DNA of 64,000 bases. Source: the human T2T-CHM13v2.0 reference genome, Homo sapiens. The notes under the pieces were generated by a model. The model saw only the letters and a program-made list of their open reading frames with translations. It was not told the DNA's origin and did no database searches. Where the stretch lies: the NCBI RefSeq assembly GCF_009914755.1, contig NC_060948.1, one strand, 5' to 3'. The position numbers were made by a program, and so were the translations under genes. Of this stretch, positions 37,760 to 49,576 are shown one piece after another; position 1 is the stretch's first letter, and every line of letters starts with the position of its first letter.

Positions 37760-39341
37760 ATTAGAACCCTAGGAATTCTCTCTTCTATTTAGAAATATAT
37801 AATGCATTGTTATTAAAAATAGTGACCCTGCTGTGCAATGGAATACCATTGCTTCTTTTTTTTCAATTTAACTACTTTTTTTGTATTTATTTACCAACTT
37901 CTTCCTATCCCTACATTTCTAATTCTTTCTAGACCCCCATAACCACTATTCTTCCCTATAATTCTATGAGAAAATTTTTTAGATTCCACATATAGGTCAG
38001 ATAATGTGTTATTTTTATTCCTACACCTAGGTTATTTTGCTTAGTTACATGTAAAGGAATATACATGGTATGTGGCATGGCAAATGATAAAAGTTCATTT
38101 TTAATAGATATATACTATTTCATTGTGTGTGTGTGTACATATACCACATTTTAAATTCATTTGTCTGTTTATGAACATCCAGGTTTAATATTGTATTGTT
38201 CATGGTGAATAGTGCTGTAATAAACAAAAAAGAGCAAATATTTATTTGACATGCTAATTTTCTTTCCCTTGCCTACATACTCAGTGGTGCAGATTGTTCA
38301 GTCATGTGGAAACTTTCATGTAAATTTTTTAGAGATCTACAGAATGTCTTCCATACTGATTCTACTAATTTACATTCCATCCAAGAGGATGTTTTGTGCA
38401 GTTCCCCACTTTTCTTTTCTCCACATCCCTGGCAATACTTGTTATTCTTTTGCAATTTTTAGTTATATCCATTATTATTCTAATAGATTCACTGAGCTGA
38501 AAGGACTTGTCATATTTTCTTATGGGTTTTCCTGGCATTTCTCCAATAAAAATTATGTTGAACTTTTATTTAGAAATGTGTTGGAAGTATCTGTGTCATT
38601 TTTGGAGAAATGTCTATTTACATCTTTTGAACATTTTTAATTAGAAAATTTTTGGCTATTGTTTCTTATTTGTTCTGGATACTAAGTTTTTTTCTTTTTT
38701 TTCCTTTTGTTTTGGAGATGGAGTCTTACTCTGTCACCCAGGCTGGAGTGCAGTGATGCAACCTTGGCTCACGGCAACCTCTGCTTCCCAGATCAAACGA
38801 TTCTCCTACCTCAGCCTCCTGAGTAGCTGGGATTACAGGTGTGTGCCACCACACCCACATAATTTTTGTATTTTTAGTAGAGATGGGGTTTCACCAGGCT
38901 GGGCTGAAACTTCTGAATTCATGATCTGCCTGCCTATTTTTCATGTGAATTTTGTACTCTACATATTTACTGAATTTGTTTATTAGTTCTAATAGTTTTT
39001 TAAATGGATTATTTATGGTTTTCTATGTAAGATGAAGTTATCTGCATACAAGGGATGTGTAGCTTCTTCCCTTCTATCCAGATATCCCTAGTATTTTCTC
39101 TCATTTACATAACTGCTGTGGCTCAGACTTCTAGTATTATGTTGAATAGATGTAATGAAAATGCCCTCTCTTGACTTCTTTCAGACCTTAGCAAAAGCTT
39201 GCAACTTTTTCCCATTCAGTATGATGTTAGCTGTAAATTTGTCATATATAATTTTCACTGTGTTCAGATGAATTTTTTAAACATAACTCTTGACAGTTTT
39301 TATCATGAAGCAATGTTAAATTTTCCCAAATGCTTTTTCAT
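37760..39341 (-). mobile_element. L1MA-type fragment (resumes at 51779)
   Basis: L1MA 3'UTR/ORF2 motifs; sequence is continuous across the HML-5 TSD. Confidence 0.75.
38686..38935 (-). mobile_element. AluS, 5'-truncated
   Basis: Alu body ending at gatctgcctgcct. Confidence 0.85.
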
Positions 39342-40430
39342 TGATGGGGTTCAATTAGGTTGATAGGGAAAATATTAAAGATAGTTATAGTAATAGTCAA
39401 AAACTGTCTTCAAAGGCCTGAGAGTTTGCATACCTTCAGAATGCTCAGCTGAAGGCAGCCAGGGTCTCTTTGCAAGAGCCAGAAAGATTAGGGTGCAGTA
39501 CCAATGAATGTGGAAAGCTTATTTTACTAACCTGTTTAGTTATATGGGCTTATGACTAACCTTTGTCCTACCTCAAGTACTTTACTGCCTCCAACTCAGG
39601 GGGTCGGCAGAAGTTTATTACCCACAAATGGTGTTTGCTTTAGGCCTCAGAACCTAGCTTTTAATCTTTATCTTCTAGCGGTGTTTACTCACAATTTTTG
39701 TTAATTCGCCTTACTGAATAAATGTGACCTTTACCTGCAGATCAGGGCCGAGTCACAACCGTTTACAGAACGCAGCTTGGAGCCTGTAAGTGGCTTGGGC
39801 CTTCAGCTAGACTGGCAGAGCAGAATATCTGTGTGTCAGTGTACGTTTATTCTTCTGTTGCCAAATCAGAGGTCTGCAGGAACAGACTCCCTGCATCTAG
39901 TGTCTCTGCAAAAGGAGCACTGCCTCAAATGGGGACCTGCGTGAGGACCTGTGTCAGGGGTCTGCAAAAACAAACCCCCACACTTGGAGCCCCACTTGCA
40001 CTTGTGGCAAGCTGCAAAAGAAGTGTGGGGACTGTTCTCATGAGGAAAGCTGTGAAGGAAGCATGAAGTAAATGCAATAGATCCCTTAAAAACAAAGGTG
40101 AAAAAAGGAACCATGTGGTCAAGCAAGTGAGTAATTAATCAGTAAGTCATTGTTGCTCACTCAAGGTTACCAAGTTCTTGGGGAAGTTGAGTCAAGCTGA
40201 GATTTCATCATGGGACACAGTTACCAGCTCAACAGAAACAATATATAAAAGTGTTGAAATAGTTGCTTAAGGCTACCATAACATCAGTTTTGCAGACTCA
40301 TTAAGGGACATAATGCAAACTGTTGTGATCCCAAGCCCATGGTTCCCAGAAGAAGGAATGCTAAATGTAGAACTGTGGGAACAAGTGAGAAGTCTTAAAC
40401 AACAACAGGTGCAAAGGCAGCAGGCCCCAG

Positions 40431-41059
40431 TGTGTCTGGAATTTATTCCTTCTTGTGGGTTCTTGATCTCACTGACTTCAAGAATAAAGCCACGGACCTC
40501 GTGGTGAGTGTTACAGCTCTTAAATGTGGCCTATCCAGAGTTTGTTCCTTCTAGTGGGTTTGTGGTCTCAATGACTTCAGGAATGAAGTTGCAGACCCTC
40601 ATGGTGAGTGTTAACAGCTGCTAAAGTTGGCATGTCTGGAATTTTTGTTCCTCCTGGTGTGTTCATTGTCTTGCTGACCTCAGGAATGAAGCCGCAGACC
40701 GTCGCAGTGAATGTTACAGCTCATAAAGGTAATGCAGACTCAAAGAGTGAGCAGCAGCAAGATGTATTGTGAAGAGTGAAAGAACAAAGCTTCCACAGCG
40801 TGAAAGGGGGCAAAGTGGGTTGCTGCTGCTGGCTGGGGTGGCCAGCTTTTATTCCATTATTTTTCCCTGCCGATGTCCTACTGATTGGTCTATTTAACAG
40901 AGGGCTGAATGCTGAGTTTGCTCTCCTTTAGCTAAACACAAAGTGCTGATTGGTGCATTTTTATAGAGTGCTGATTGCTGTGTTTACAATCCTCTAACTG
41001 GACAGAAAATTCTCCAAGTCCCCACTTGACCCAGGAAGTCCAGCTGACTTCACTTCTCA
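40431..41059 (-). repeat. LTR12 (3' LTR of HERV9)
   Basis: Minus strand tgagaagtgaagtcagctggacttcctggg...ccaatc repeats...attccagacaca. Confidence 0.9.
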
Positions 41060-42439
41060 ATGCCCTGTCTAAACAGGAAACCCCAGCTGCTGTTGGGAAT
41101 TGGGTGGTGACCACTCTAGATAGGATAGGGGCAAGAAGGGGCCCTGCAGTTGTAGTGTCGTCCAGAGGGGAACTCTTTAGTCCAATCAAAGGGCCAGTGA
41201 GTAGGTCCAAGGGTCCTTGGTAGAAGTTGTTACTTGAGCTCATTTGGAGTTCCATTTGTAAGATCATCATATCTTGATGTCCTCGATCCTAGAGGAAATA
41301 AATGTGACAACAAGGTTAAAAATACAGCATCCAAAGGCAAGTAATAGCAAGATGGCTGTCATGGTTACATAGAAAGGGGAGAAGCCATGTCACCCAGCTC
41401 CAGAGGTTGGTATAAGAGTTTGAAAGGTGTTGTCTGATTTCAGAAGACATTTCCTTTAAATGTCAGGTGGCATCTCATACTATCCCTGACTGGTTAGTGT
41501 AAAAACAACACTCTTCCCCTAAGAAGGTACAGAGTCCTCCTTTCTCAGCAGTGAGGAGGTCTGGGCAGGAGTTTTGGAGAGTCACTGCTGCCAAAGAGTC
41601 TATTTGGGATTGTAGATTAAGGAGAGATTCTGTTATTTCTTGTAAACTCTCTGAGAAATCCTTTGAGAGTGTGTGGTTGTAGGACAATGAAGTAGATATA
41701 CCAGCTATTCCAGTTCCTGTAGCAGTGGCCATTTCTAACCCTATAAGTAGGGGTATTAGTTGTATGGCCCTGCACTGATGGACTTGAGCTTTGAGGGGCA
41801 CTGATAGGATCAGATTCCATGAGATTAAAAGTTAGGATAATACATGTTACACTGGTAACTTATAGCAAACTTTACTTTTGTTGAACATCTTGTAAGTTTG
41901 GGATTTTAATTTTTATTTGCTATTAATATGACTCGTTCAGTCCATATTAACTTAGAATTTGTATAGATGGCTCCTTCCTGATTCTGTAAGTACTTTAAGG
42001 TTTGGCTGAGTACAAACAACTTGTATGTTTGAGCAGACCAATTGTTAGGCAATTTTCCTAACTCTACTTCTACAAGAGTTTCCTTATAGTTTACTGAATA
42101 CCCATTGTGTCTTTTTTCCTTAATCACTCAGGAGAAACTACCTATCATCTTGTCCTAAAGGGAGTTCTTCCTAGGTCTAGTCAGACCTTTGTATGGTAAT
42201 TAATTAAGATTTAGATCCCCTGTTAAGAAACCTGCTGGGTTAAGGATTTTTGATAGGAAGGCTATGGGTTGTCAGTGGCCTCAGTGCTTTTGGGCTACGC
42301 CCTTGTTTACACAGACAACAAGGTGGTGTTGGACTATTATAGGGTCACTAAGAAGACCTTCAATTATGAATTATAGGTTTTAAATATACCCTGGCTTTTA
42401 AAGGAATAGTGTACACTGTTGTTTTCTTTATTACTTCTA

Positions 42440-42650
42440 TCTCTCTCTTTTTCTGTCTTTGATTCCTTCTTTGTCTCTTTCTGACTCCCTCTTTGTTCTC
42501 TTCCTCTCTCTCTTTGTCTCTCTCTTTCTTTCTCTCTCTCTTTCTGTCTTTATTTATCTTCCTCTCTCTGTCTCTGTCTTTGACTCCTCCTTTTTCTCTG
42601 TCTCTTCCTCTGTCTGTCTCTCTCTCTTTTCTCTTTCTCTCTTTCCTTTC
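42440..42650. repeat. CT-rich low-complexity tract within the HERV9 internal region
   Basis: Seen directly. Confidence 0.9.
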
Positions 42651-45600
42651 TGCTGGTTTTTCTCTGTTGCTGCCAGACACTTATGCTGCTGTTCTCCCCT
42701 CTCCTTCCCCTTTTGATGGCTTTGGCAGTGTAAGACTGCCACCTCCTTGGGTTTTTGCCCTGTGTGCAATAACTCCATGGTTTCCTTTTGATATTTAGTG
42801 GGGGTTCCCCCAGAGGTTAGGAACTCCCTTTCTTTCCATATTGCAGCATGGGCATGTAAGATTAGATAAGCATACTTACTATCTCTAGCAAAGTCTCCCA
42901 ATTACAACTGAGGAGGGGGAAGAAATACCTTGTTACAGGCCATCCCAGGATTCCTCAGATAGTAACAGACCTTGAGGACAGCTGTCCGGGACAGGAAATT
43001 AATACTGAGAAAGCTGCACCAGTGTCCATGAGGAAGTCAATTTCCTGGCTCTCAATGGTTAAAATTCCCCAGGGCTCAGTGAAAGTGATGAAATGAGCTG
43101 GTGCTTGCTCCAGGCACCCTCAGTCCTGTTGTTGGATCATCTGGTTGGGGGCTCCTGGCCCAGAGAACCTTTGTCCTCTAGGGCAGTGCACCTTCCAGTG
43201 ATTGCCTTGGCATAGTGGACATGGCTGAGGGGGCTGCTTGTTTCTTGTTGGAAACCTTTTTTAAGGTGTCCTTGCAAACCACACTGGTAACAAGCACTAC
43301 CAGGTGATTGGCCTGCTCCATTTTCTGTCCTCTCTGAACCACCAAAGTTTGTCTGAGGGCCATGACTAAGGCTGCGGACTTTCTGTAAACTTGCTTTTCC
43401 TTTTTGGCCTTTTCCTCTTGGTCCCTATTATAAAACACCAAGGTTGCCAGGTTTAATAATGCCTCCAGATTTTGTTGAGGGCCCAGGGGTCACTTTTGGA
43501 GCTTTCTTCTCATATCTGCAGCTGATTGGGTAATAAACTCATCTTTTAGCATCAATTGACAATTGAGTGAGTCGGGTGACAGGGCAGTATATTTTCTTAA
43601 GGCCTCCATAGCCACACAAGGAAGACAGAAGGATTTTCTTCCTTTCCCTGAATTATGGTGGACATCATTGAATAATTCATGGGGTTTTTCCTCATTCTCC
43701 TTAGTCTTTCTAGAACACATGTCAGCAGATGTTTACAACTCCAGTCCCTATGATCTGAGTCAAGGTCTCAGTGGTGATTCATACTGGGATGGCTTGCTGA
43801 CCAGTAGGGAATTTGTCCCTTTCTTTGGCTGTCATTCTATCATTTATTTGACAAAGATACCAGATATCTCCAAACTCTTGGACTGCAGCTAAAGCTGCAT
43901 TCTTTTAATTAAAGGCCAGTGTTTGATCTAACAATAGCATGACAACTCTTTTAGTGAGGTCAAAGGTTTGGCCTAGATCCTATAGGATATCTATGTACCT
44001 ATGAGAATCATCTGAAAACATTCCCAGGTCTGCCTTTTTCTGCCTTAAATCAGAGAGGGAGAAGGGGACATGTAACCAGGTTGGGCCAAGTTCCTCTCTC
44101 CTTACAGCTTGAAGGGGACATAACTGATAGCCTGGGGGTTTTTGTGGTCCTTTGGAGATTTCTTTTCTTGTTTCCTTCTGGGAAGGGGAGATTAGAGGGG
44201 GATTATCATTAATAGGAAGGGGAGCTATTAGAGGGAGATTATCATTAATAGGAAGGGGAGCTATAGGGAGGCTAGGATATGGAGGTAAGCTGAGAGGTCC
44301 TCCTGTGGGGTGTAAATTGCAAGCTTTGCATAGTTGTAGATTCTCCTTCAATGAAAAGAAAGCTTGAACATATGGTATTTTACTCCATTTGCCTTCTCTC
44401 TTACAAAAAAGATTCAGGCTGCAGGACAGTGTTGTAATTTATACTTCCCACAGGTGGCCATTTTTCCCCATCAGAGAGAATACTGGGGCCAAGCCATAGT
44501 GCAGAAAAAAATGAGCTGCCTCTTTTCCAGATTTTTCAGGTCAAATTGGTCCCAGTGGCTTAGGATGCATTTCAAGGGTGAACCTGTTCCTGCTTGAGTG
44601 TTTCCCATCTGAAAAACAAAACCACCCACAGTTTTGGTTTATTTGTTTCAACACCTCCATCAAAGCCCAGGAACCCTCAATGGTCCCTAGACCTGCTGAT
44701 CAGAAGAGTTGCACTCACCAATGTAGCAGTATAAACACCTGTTGCTCAGTAACATGCAATGGTCCCTGGACCCTGCTGATTGGAATAGTTGCACTCACCA
44801 ATGCAGCAGCAGAAACCATAGTTTTCCTCCTAGACCACAAGAGGACTGAGGAAGGTAAGATTTAGTGGCCCTTATCAATGCATTCTCAAAAACATGCCCC
44901 CTTGCCTGTCCTCCTAGACCACAAAAGAGGACCAAGAAAAATTGGATTTAGTGGCCCTTACCAATGCATTCTCAAAAACCTGTTAGAGTGCTAAGCATTC
45001 TCCTGTTAGTATTGGGACTTTATTGTTATCTTATAAAGATGCTGTGCCCCAAAAATATAGTGGAGGGCCATACCCTGAGGGAGGAAAGGGATCTCCAGGG
45101 TTGGAAGAGTGATGTCTTTTGTCCTCGCTTGAATAGGAAGGATATCATTTCTGAAGCTCCCCATATCCTAGCTTCAGGAATAGCTTTTGTTAGGCCTGCT
45201 TGTCTGAGGAGGAATACTAAAATTCCAGATAGGTCCCTTCCTGGCAGGGCTTTGGGCAAAAATTATGCCTTTCTGATTGGTAAGCTGGGGTGCCTAAATA
45301 AGGGAATAGAGTCCTGGAGTTTATACTAGAAATCATTCTTATACGAGAAAGTAGAAAAGAACCAGAGACAGGAGTGGTTTTTAGAAGTGGGATGAGCCTC
45401 AGAGAAGAGAGGCAAGAGGAAGTTTGTCTGACAGGCTTTAGGAGCCAGGAGGCAAGGGTCAGTATAGACAGGACAGATGAGCAAGTCTCACTTGGGCGAT
45501 GTGACTTTGACAGCTCCACTCATCACTACAGGGTCAACCAACATTTTGTTGGGATCCCAGAGCTGAATGGCTTTCCTCTCTGTTGATCCTCAGCTTACCC

Positions 45601-45840
45601 AGAAGTACAGGAAAAGTGGAAGCTGGTTCCAGACAAGCCAATGCTCCCAACTCCAAAGAGTCAGGGGTTGTTAGAGGGTCCTTTCCTAGAAGCTTGACAC
45701 CCATGTCTGTAGTCCAGTGGCTGCGCTAGTTGCTTTTAACTGGCCTACTGGTGCCCAGTATTTAGCCCCAGAATTCTAAGGAAAAATAGGACAGAATAGC
45801 AAGTGATAGGGGCCTGATGGTATTCACCACTTGGTGTTGC

Positions 45841-45908
45841 TCCCTTTGTGGTCACCAAGATGTGTCCTATATGGGTCACCAATATGTGTCCCCTTGCGGT
45901 CACCCAGA
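45841..45908 (-). promoter_or_regulatory. Triple tandem tRNA-Arg primer-binding-site array (24-bp period)
   Basis: Minus: tctgggtgaccgcaaggggacaca / tattggtgacccatataggacaca / tcttggtgaccacaaaggga. Confidence 0.8.
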
Positions 45909-46865
45909 CCAGTAACAGCTTTAATATTATGGGCTTTAAAGCAGTCTTGGCTCTGTTACACACAGAAAAGTCTGAAAAGGGACAGGAGGAGGAAATGTCA
46001 CCTGTCTTATCACCTCCTATTCCCTCAGCCCTAGTATCACCAGGTTGAAATAACAAAGGGAAACAGAGGTCTTACCTAAGCCTCCTCCTCCAATAGGTAA
46101 GAAAAAAGACTTTGGATCTGCTATAGCTATCAGTCTCTTGTCTTAAGCAGGCAGAACTAAAAGAGAAGCTCTTAGCCTGCCCAGTAATCCAATATTGGCA
46201 AAGTGATCAGGTACCTAAATGGCTAAGAAAAGTCATTAGAAGCCAAAGCGACACAGCCAAGTGAACAGTAAGTAGAAAGAAAAACTCCACCCACACTGCA
46301 GCTGCAGCAACAAAGAGCCAAGCCACTGTCAGTGCTAGCCTGCTAGGGAGGGGCAAAAAGCACTTGCAACAGAGTTGATCTAAGCCGAGATGCACCCTGG
46401 TGAGCAACAGCCACCTGGAGGTGGGGAGAGGGAGCTGGCGCAGAGGAAAAATGGCACAGTAAAAAAGATGCACCTTTATAAATGTAAAGCAGCCTCCACC
46501 GCGGGACCCAACTGATTGGCTCACTGGCTCTGCAGGCAACCCATGGCAAAATCACATGTGCTTCTTGTTTACTAGCAACATCCCAGATTATAATTTTTTG
46601 ATAAGATTTAAATAAAATATAAGAATTTGAAAGATCTTTTTGTAATAAAAGCCTCTGTTGTTATCTCTCTCCAAATTCATTTTAAATAAAACAGTAACCT
46701 CTAGAAGGAGAGTCATTACAGAAGGCCCATGAGTCAGTTTAGGAACAATTAAAAGCAAATTATGCTCCCCTGAAGTGATTCCTCAAGATTGGCCTACAAT
46801 TGTTAATGACTTAAAAGATTGTTTCTATATACGATTCCTCTAGCAGAACAGGACAATACCATCTA

Positions 46866-47167
46866 TTTTTTTTTTCTTTTTTTTTTGAGATGGAGTCTTG
46901 CTCTGTTGCCCAGGCTGGAGGTCAGAGGTGTGATCTTGGCTCACTTCAAGCTCTACCTCCCAGGTTCATGCCATTCTCCTGCCTCAGCCTCCCGAGTAGC
47001 TGGGACTACAGGTGTCTGCCACCATGCTTGGCTAATTTTTTGTATTTTTAGTAGAGATGGAGTTTCACCATGTTAGCCAGGATGGTCTCAATCTCCTGAC
47101 CTTGTGATCCACCCACCTTGGCCTCCCAAAGTGCTGGGATTACAGGTGTGAGCCACCATGCCAGGCC
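46866..47167 (-). mobile_element. AluY in HML-5 pol
   Basis: AluY signatures; TSD aataccatctatt/aataccagctatt. Confidence 0.95.
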
Positions 47168-48510
47168 AATACCAGCTATTAATCATGACAAACCAATTTG
47201 TCAATTTCATTGGAAAGTGCTTCCTCAAGGAATGCTAAACTGTCCTACCATGTGTCACTATAATGTAAATCAAGCTTTGCTCCCTAGTAAAAAAAAAAAT
47301 TTCCTGACTGTAAAACTATTCATTTTATGGATAATATTCTACTAGCAACCCCAACGGAGCAAATAATTTTACATTTGTTTACCTCTGTCGTAAAGACTAC
47401 AAAGCTAAAAGGTTTAGTCATTGTGCCTTAAAAAGTACAAATGTCTTCTTGGAAATATATTGGATATCTGTTAAGCTCTCTGTCAGTAAGATCTCAAAAA
47501 GTTAAGCTAAATACTAGCAACTTAGGAGACATTAATTGATTCCATCCCACTTTAAGGATTTCTACTGACAAACTACAAAACCTGTTTTCTCTCTTAAAGG
47601 GCAATCCAGCCCTGGATTCTCCCAGATATTTAACCCCTGCAGCAAAAAGGGAAATTGAGGAAATTGAGCAAGCCATCTCTCAGAGGCAGCTAGATCTCAT
47701 TAATCCACAGTATTCAATTCAGCTGTTTATCTTTGTCACCAAATACTTCCCTACAGGGTTACTAGGACAAATGAACCCTGGGCTATGTTTCAAATAATGG
47801 GTTTTTTGCTTACATACTGGGACTAAAACACTCTCTTCCTATATTCAGTTAATTAGTAAAGTCATTTATTCAGGTCACAAATGTTGCAATCAGTTTCTAG
47901 GTTATGACTCCGGTGTTATCAGTCCTTTAAGTAAAAAGCAATTTGAAATGTATTACCTTTGTCAATAAATCTGCAAATAGTTTTCTCTGATTACATAGGA
48001 CAAATAGAGCATTTGCTCCCTGCTAATAAACTACTTCATTTTATATCTCACACTCTGGTAATATTGCCTACAAAAACAGTTTACTTTCCCATACCTAACG
48101 GTTTAACACTGTTTACTGATGGGTCTGGTAAACACGGAAAAGTGCGAGTCTGGTAAAGACTAAACAATTCACTCAGTCTAGGTTTGCTAGTATTCAGACA
48201 GCTAAGGTTACTCTGCTTATTATTAAAAAACTTTTACAGCCTTAATTATATCTTTTTCTTCGACTTCAGCAACTGCAAAATTAACACACACATGCCATTT
48301 TTATTACACACATTCGAGCCCACAGCTCACTGTCTGTACCATTGGCTTATGGCAAAGAACAAGCAGACCTTCAGATTATGACATCACTGCTTGACCAAAC
48401 CCCCTGTTGCATCAATTTTTCCACCAAAATTGAAGAAACTTATGTAAACAAATTCAACTTATTCTGAGTGTGACTAAACAAATTTTCCTGCAAGGCCCAG
48501 ATTGTCAGCT

Positions 48511-49576
48511 TGAGAGGTGACAATGTCCTAGCAGCGGTCACTCACTCTTGGTGCCTCCTCAGCCTCGGCATCCACTCTGGCCATGCTCGAGGAGCCCTTC
48601 AGCCCACTGCTACACTGTGGGGGCCCCTCTCTGGGGCTGACCGAGGCCAGAGGCAGCTCCCTCTCCTCAGGCAAAGGTGTGGAGGGAAAGGCATGAGTGG
48701 GAGCCAGAGCTGTGCGCAGCACTCGTGGGCCAGTGCAGGTTCTGGGTGTGTGCAGGCTCAGTGGGCCCCACACTCGGTGCGGCCGGCTGGCACCTGCTGG
48801 GCTTGATCAGGGGATGAGCTCCCTCTGGGCTGCCAGCATGCCTGCGGAGGGTGCCAGTAAGAGGTGAAACCGGCTGGATTTCTGGGACAGGGGGGAACTT
48901 GGAGAAATTTTCTGTCTAGATAAAGGATTGTAAACACACCAATCATCACTCAGTGTCTAGCTAAAGGTTTGGAAACTCGCCAATCAGTGCTCTGTGTCTA
49001 GCTAAAGGTTTCTAAATGCACCAATCAGCATGCTGTCAAAATGGACCAATCAGCTCTCTGTAAAATGGACCAATCAGCTCTCTGTAAAATGGACCAATGA
49101 GCAGGATGTGGGTGGGAGCAGATAAGGGAATAAAAGCAGGCCACCTGAGTCAGTAGCAGCAACCTGCTGGGGTTCCCTTCCACTCTGTGGAAGCTTTGTT
49201 CTTTCACTCTTTGCAGTGAATCTTGCTGCTTTTCACTCTTTGGGGCTGCACCACCTTTATGAGCTGTAATACTCACCAGGAAGGTCTGCAGCTTCACTCC
49301 TGAAACAAGTGAGACCACAAACCCACCAGAAGGAATGAACAACTCCAGAAGCTCCGCCTTTAAGAACTGTAACACTCACTGTGAAGATCTGCAGCTTCAC
49401 TCCTGAAGTCAGCGAGACCAAGAACCCACCAGAAAGAAGAAATTCTGGATGCATCTGAACATCTGAAGGAACAAACTCCAGACACACCATCTTTAAGAAC
49501 TGTAACACTCACCACGAGGGTCTGCAGCTTCATTCTTGAAGCCAGTGAGACCAAGAACCCACCAATTCTGGTCACA
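48511..49576 (+). mobile_element. Solo LTR12 (long, LTR12B/D/E-like) in HML-5 integrase
   Basis: tgagaggtgac...; tandem CCAAT repeats 48939-49098; gggaataaaag; U5 repeats gtaacactcac...gagaccaagaaccc; ends ...ggtcaca; TSD agct/ggtt (degenerate). Confidence 0.9.

Larger units (their letters stand above)
40431..45908 (-). mobile_element. HERV9 (LTR12) provirus with pol deletion, lacking a 5' LTR
   Basis: 3' LTR12 at 40431-41059; env TM (AIQLIPLL...LQSQIDSLAAVTLQN...EECCFYTNQSG); RNase H DSKYAYLILHAHAAIWKERE fused to protease; gag 43150-44610; TSD ccag at 40427-40430 and 45909-45912. Confidence 0.9.

Noticed and set aside
42880-42910. Protease-to-RNase H deletion junction in HERV9
   Set aside because: Recalled as common among deleted HERV9 copies, so not treated as locus-specific novelty (not verified).
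44650-44985. Duplicated blocks in the HERV9 leader
   Set aside because: Leader repeats are typical of ERV9/HERV-W-like elements.
48939-49576. CRISPR-like regularly spaced repeats
   Set aside because: Ordinary LTR12 U3 CCAAT repeats and U5 tandem repeats; no unique spacers, eukaryotic context.
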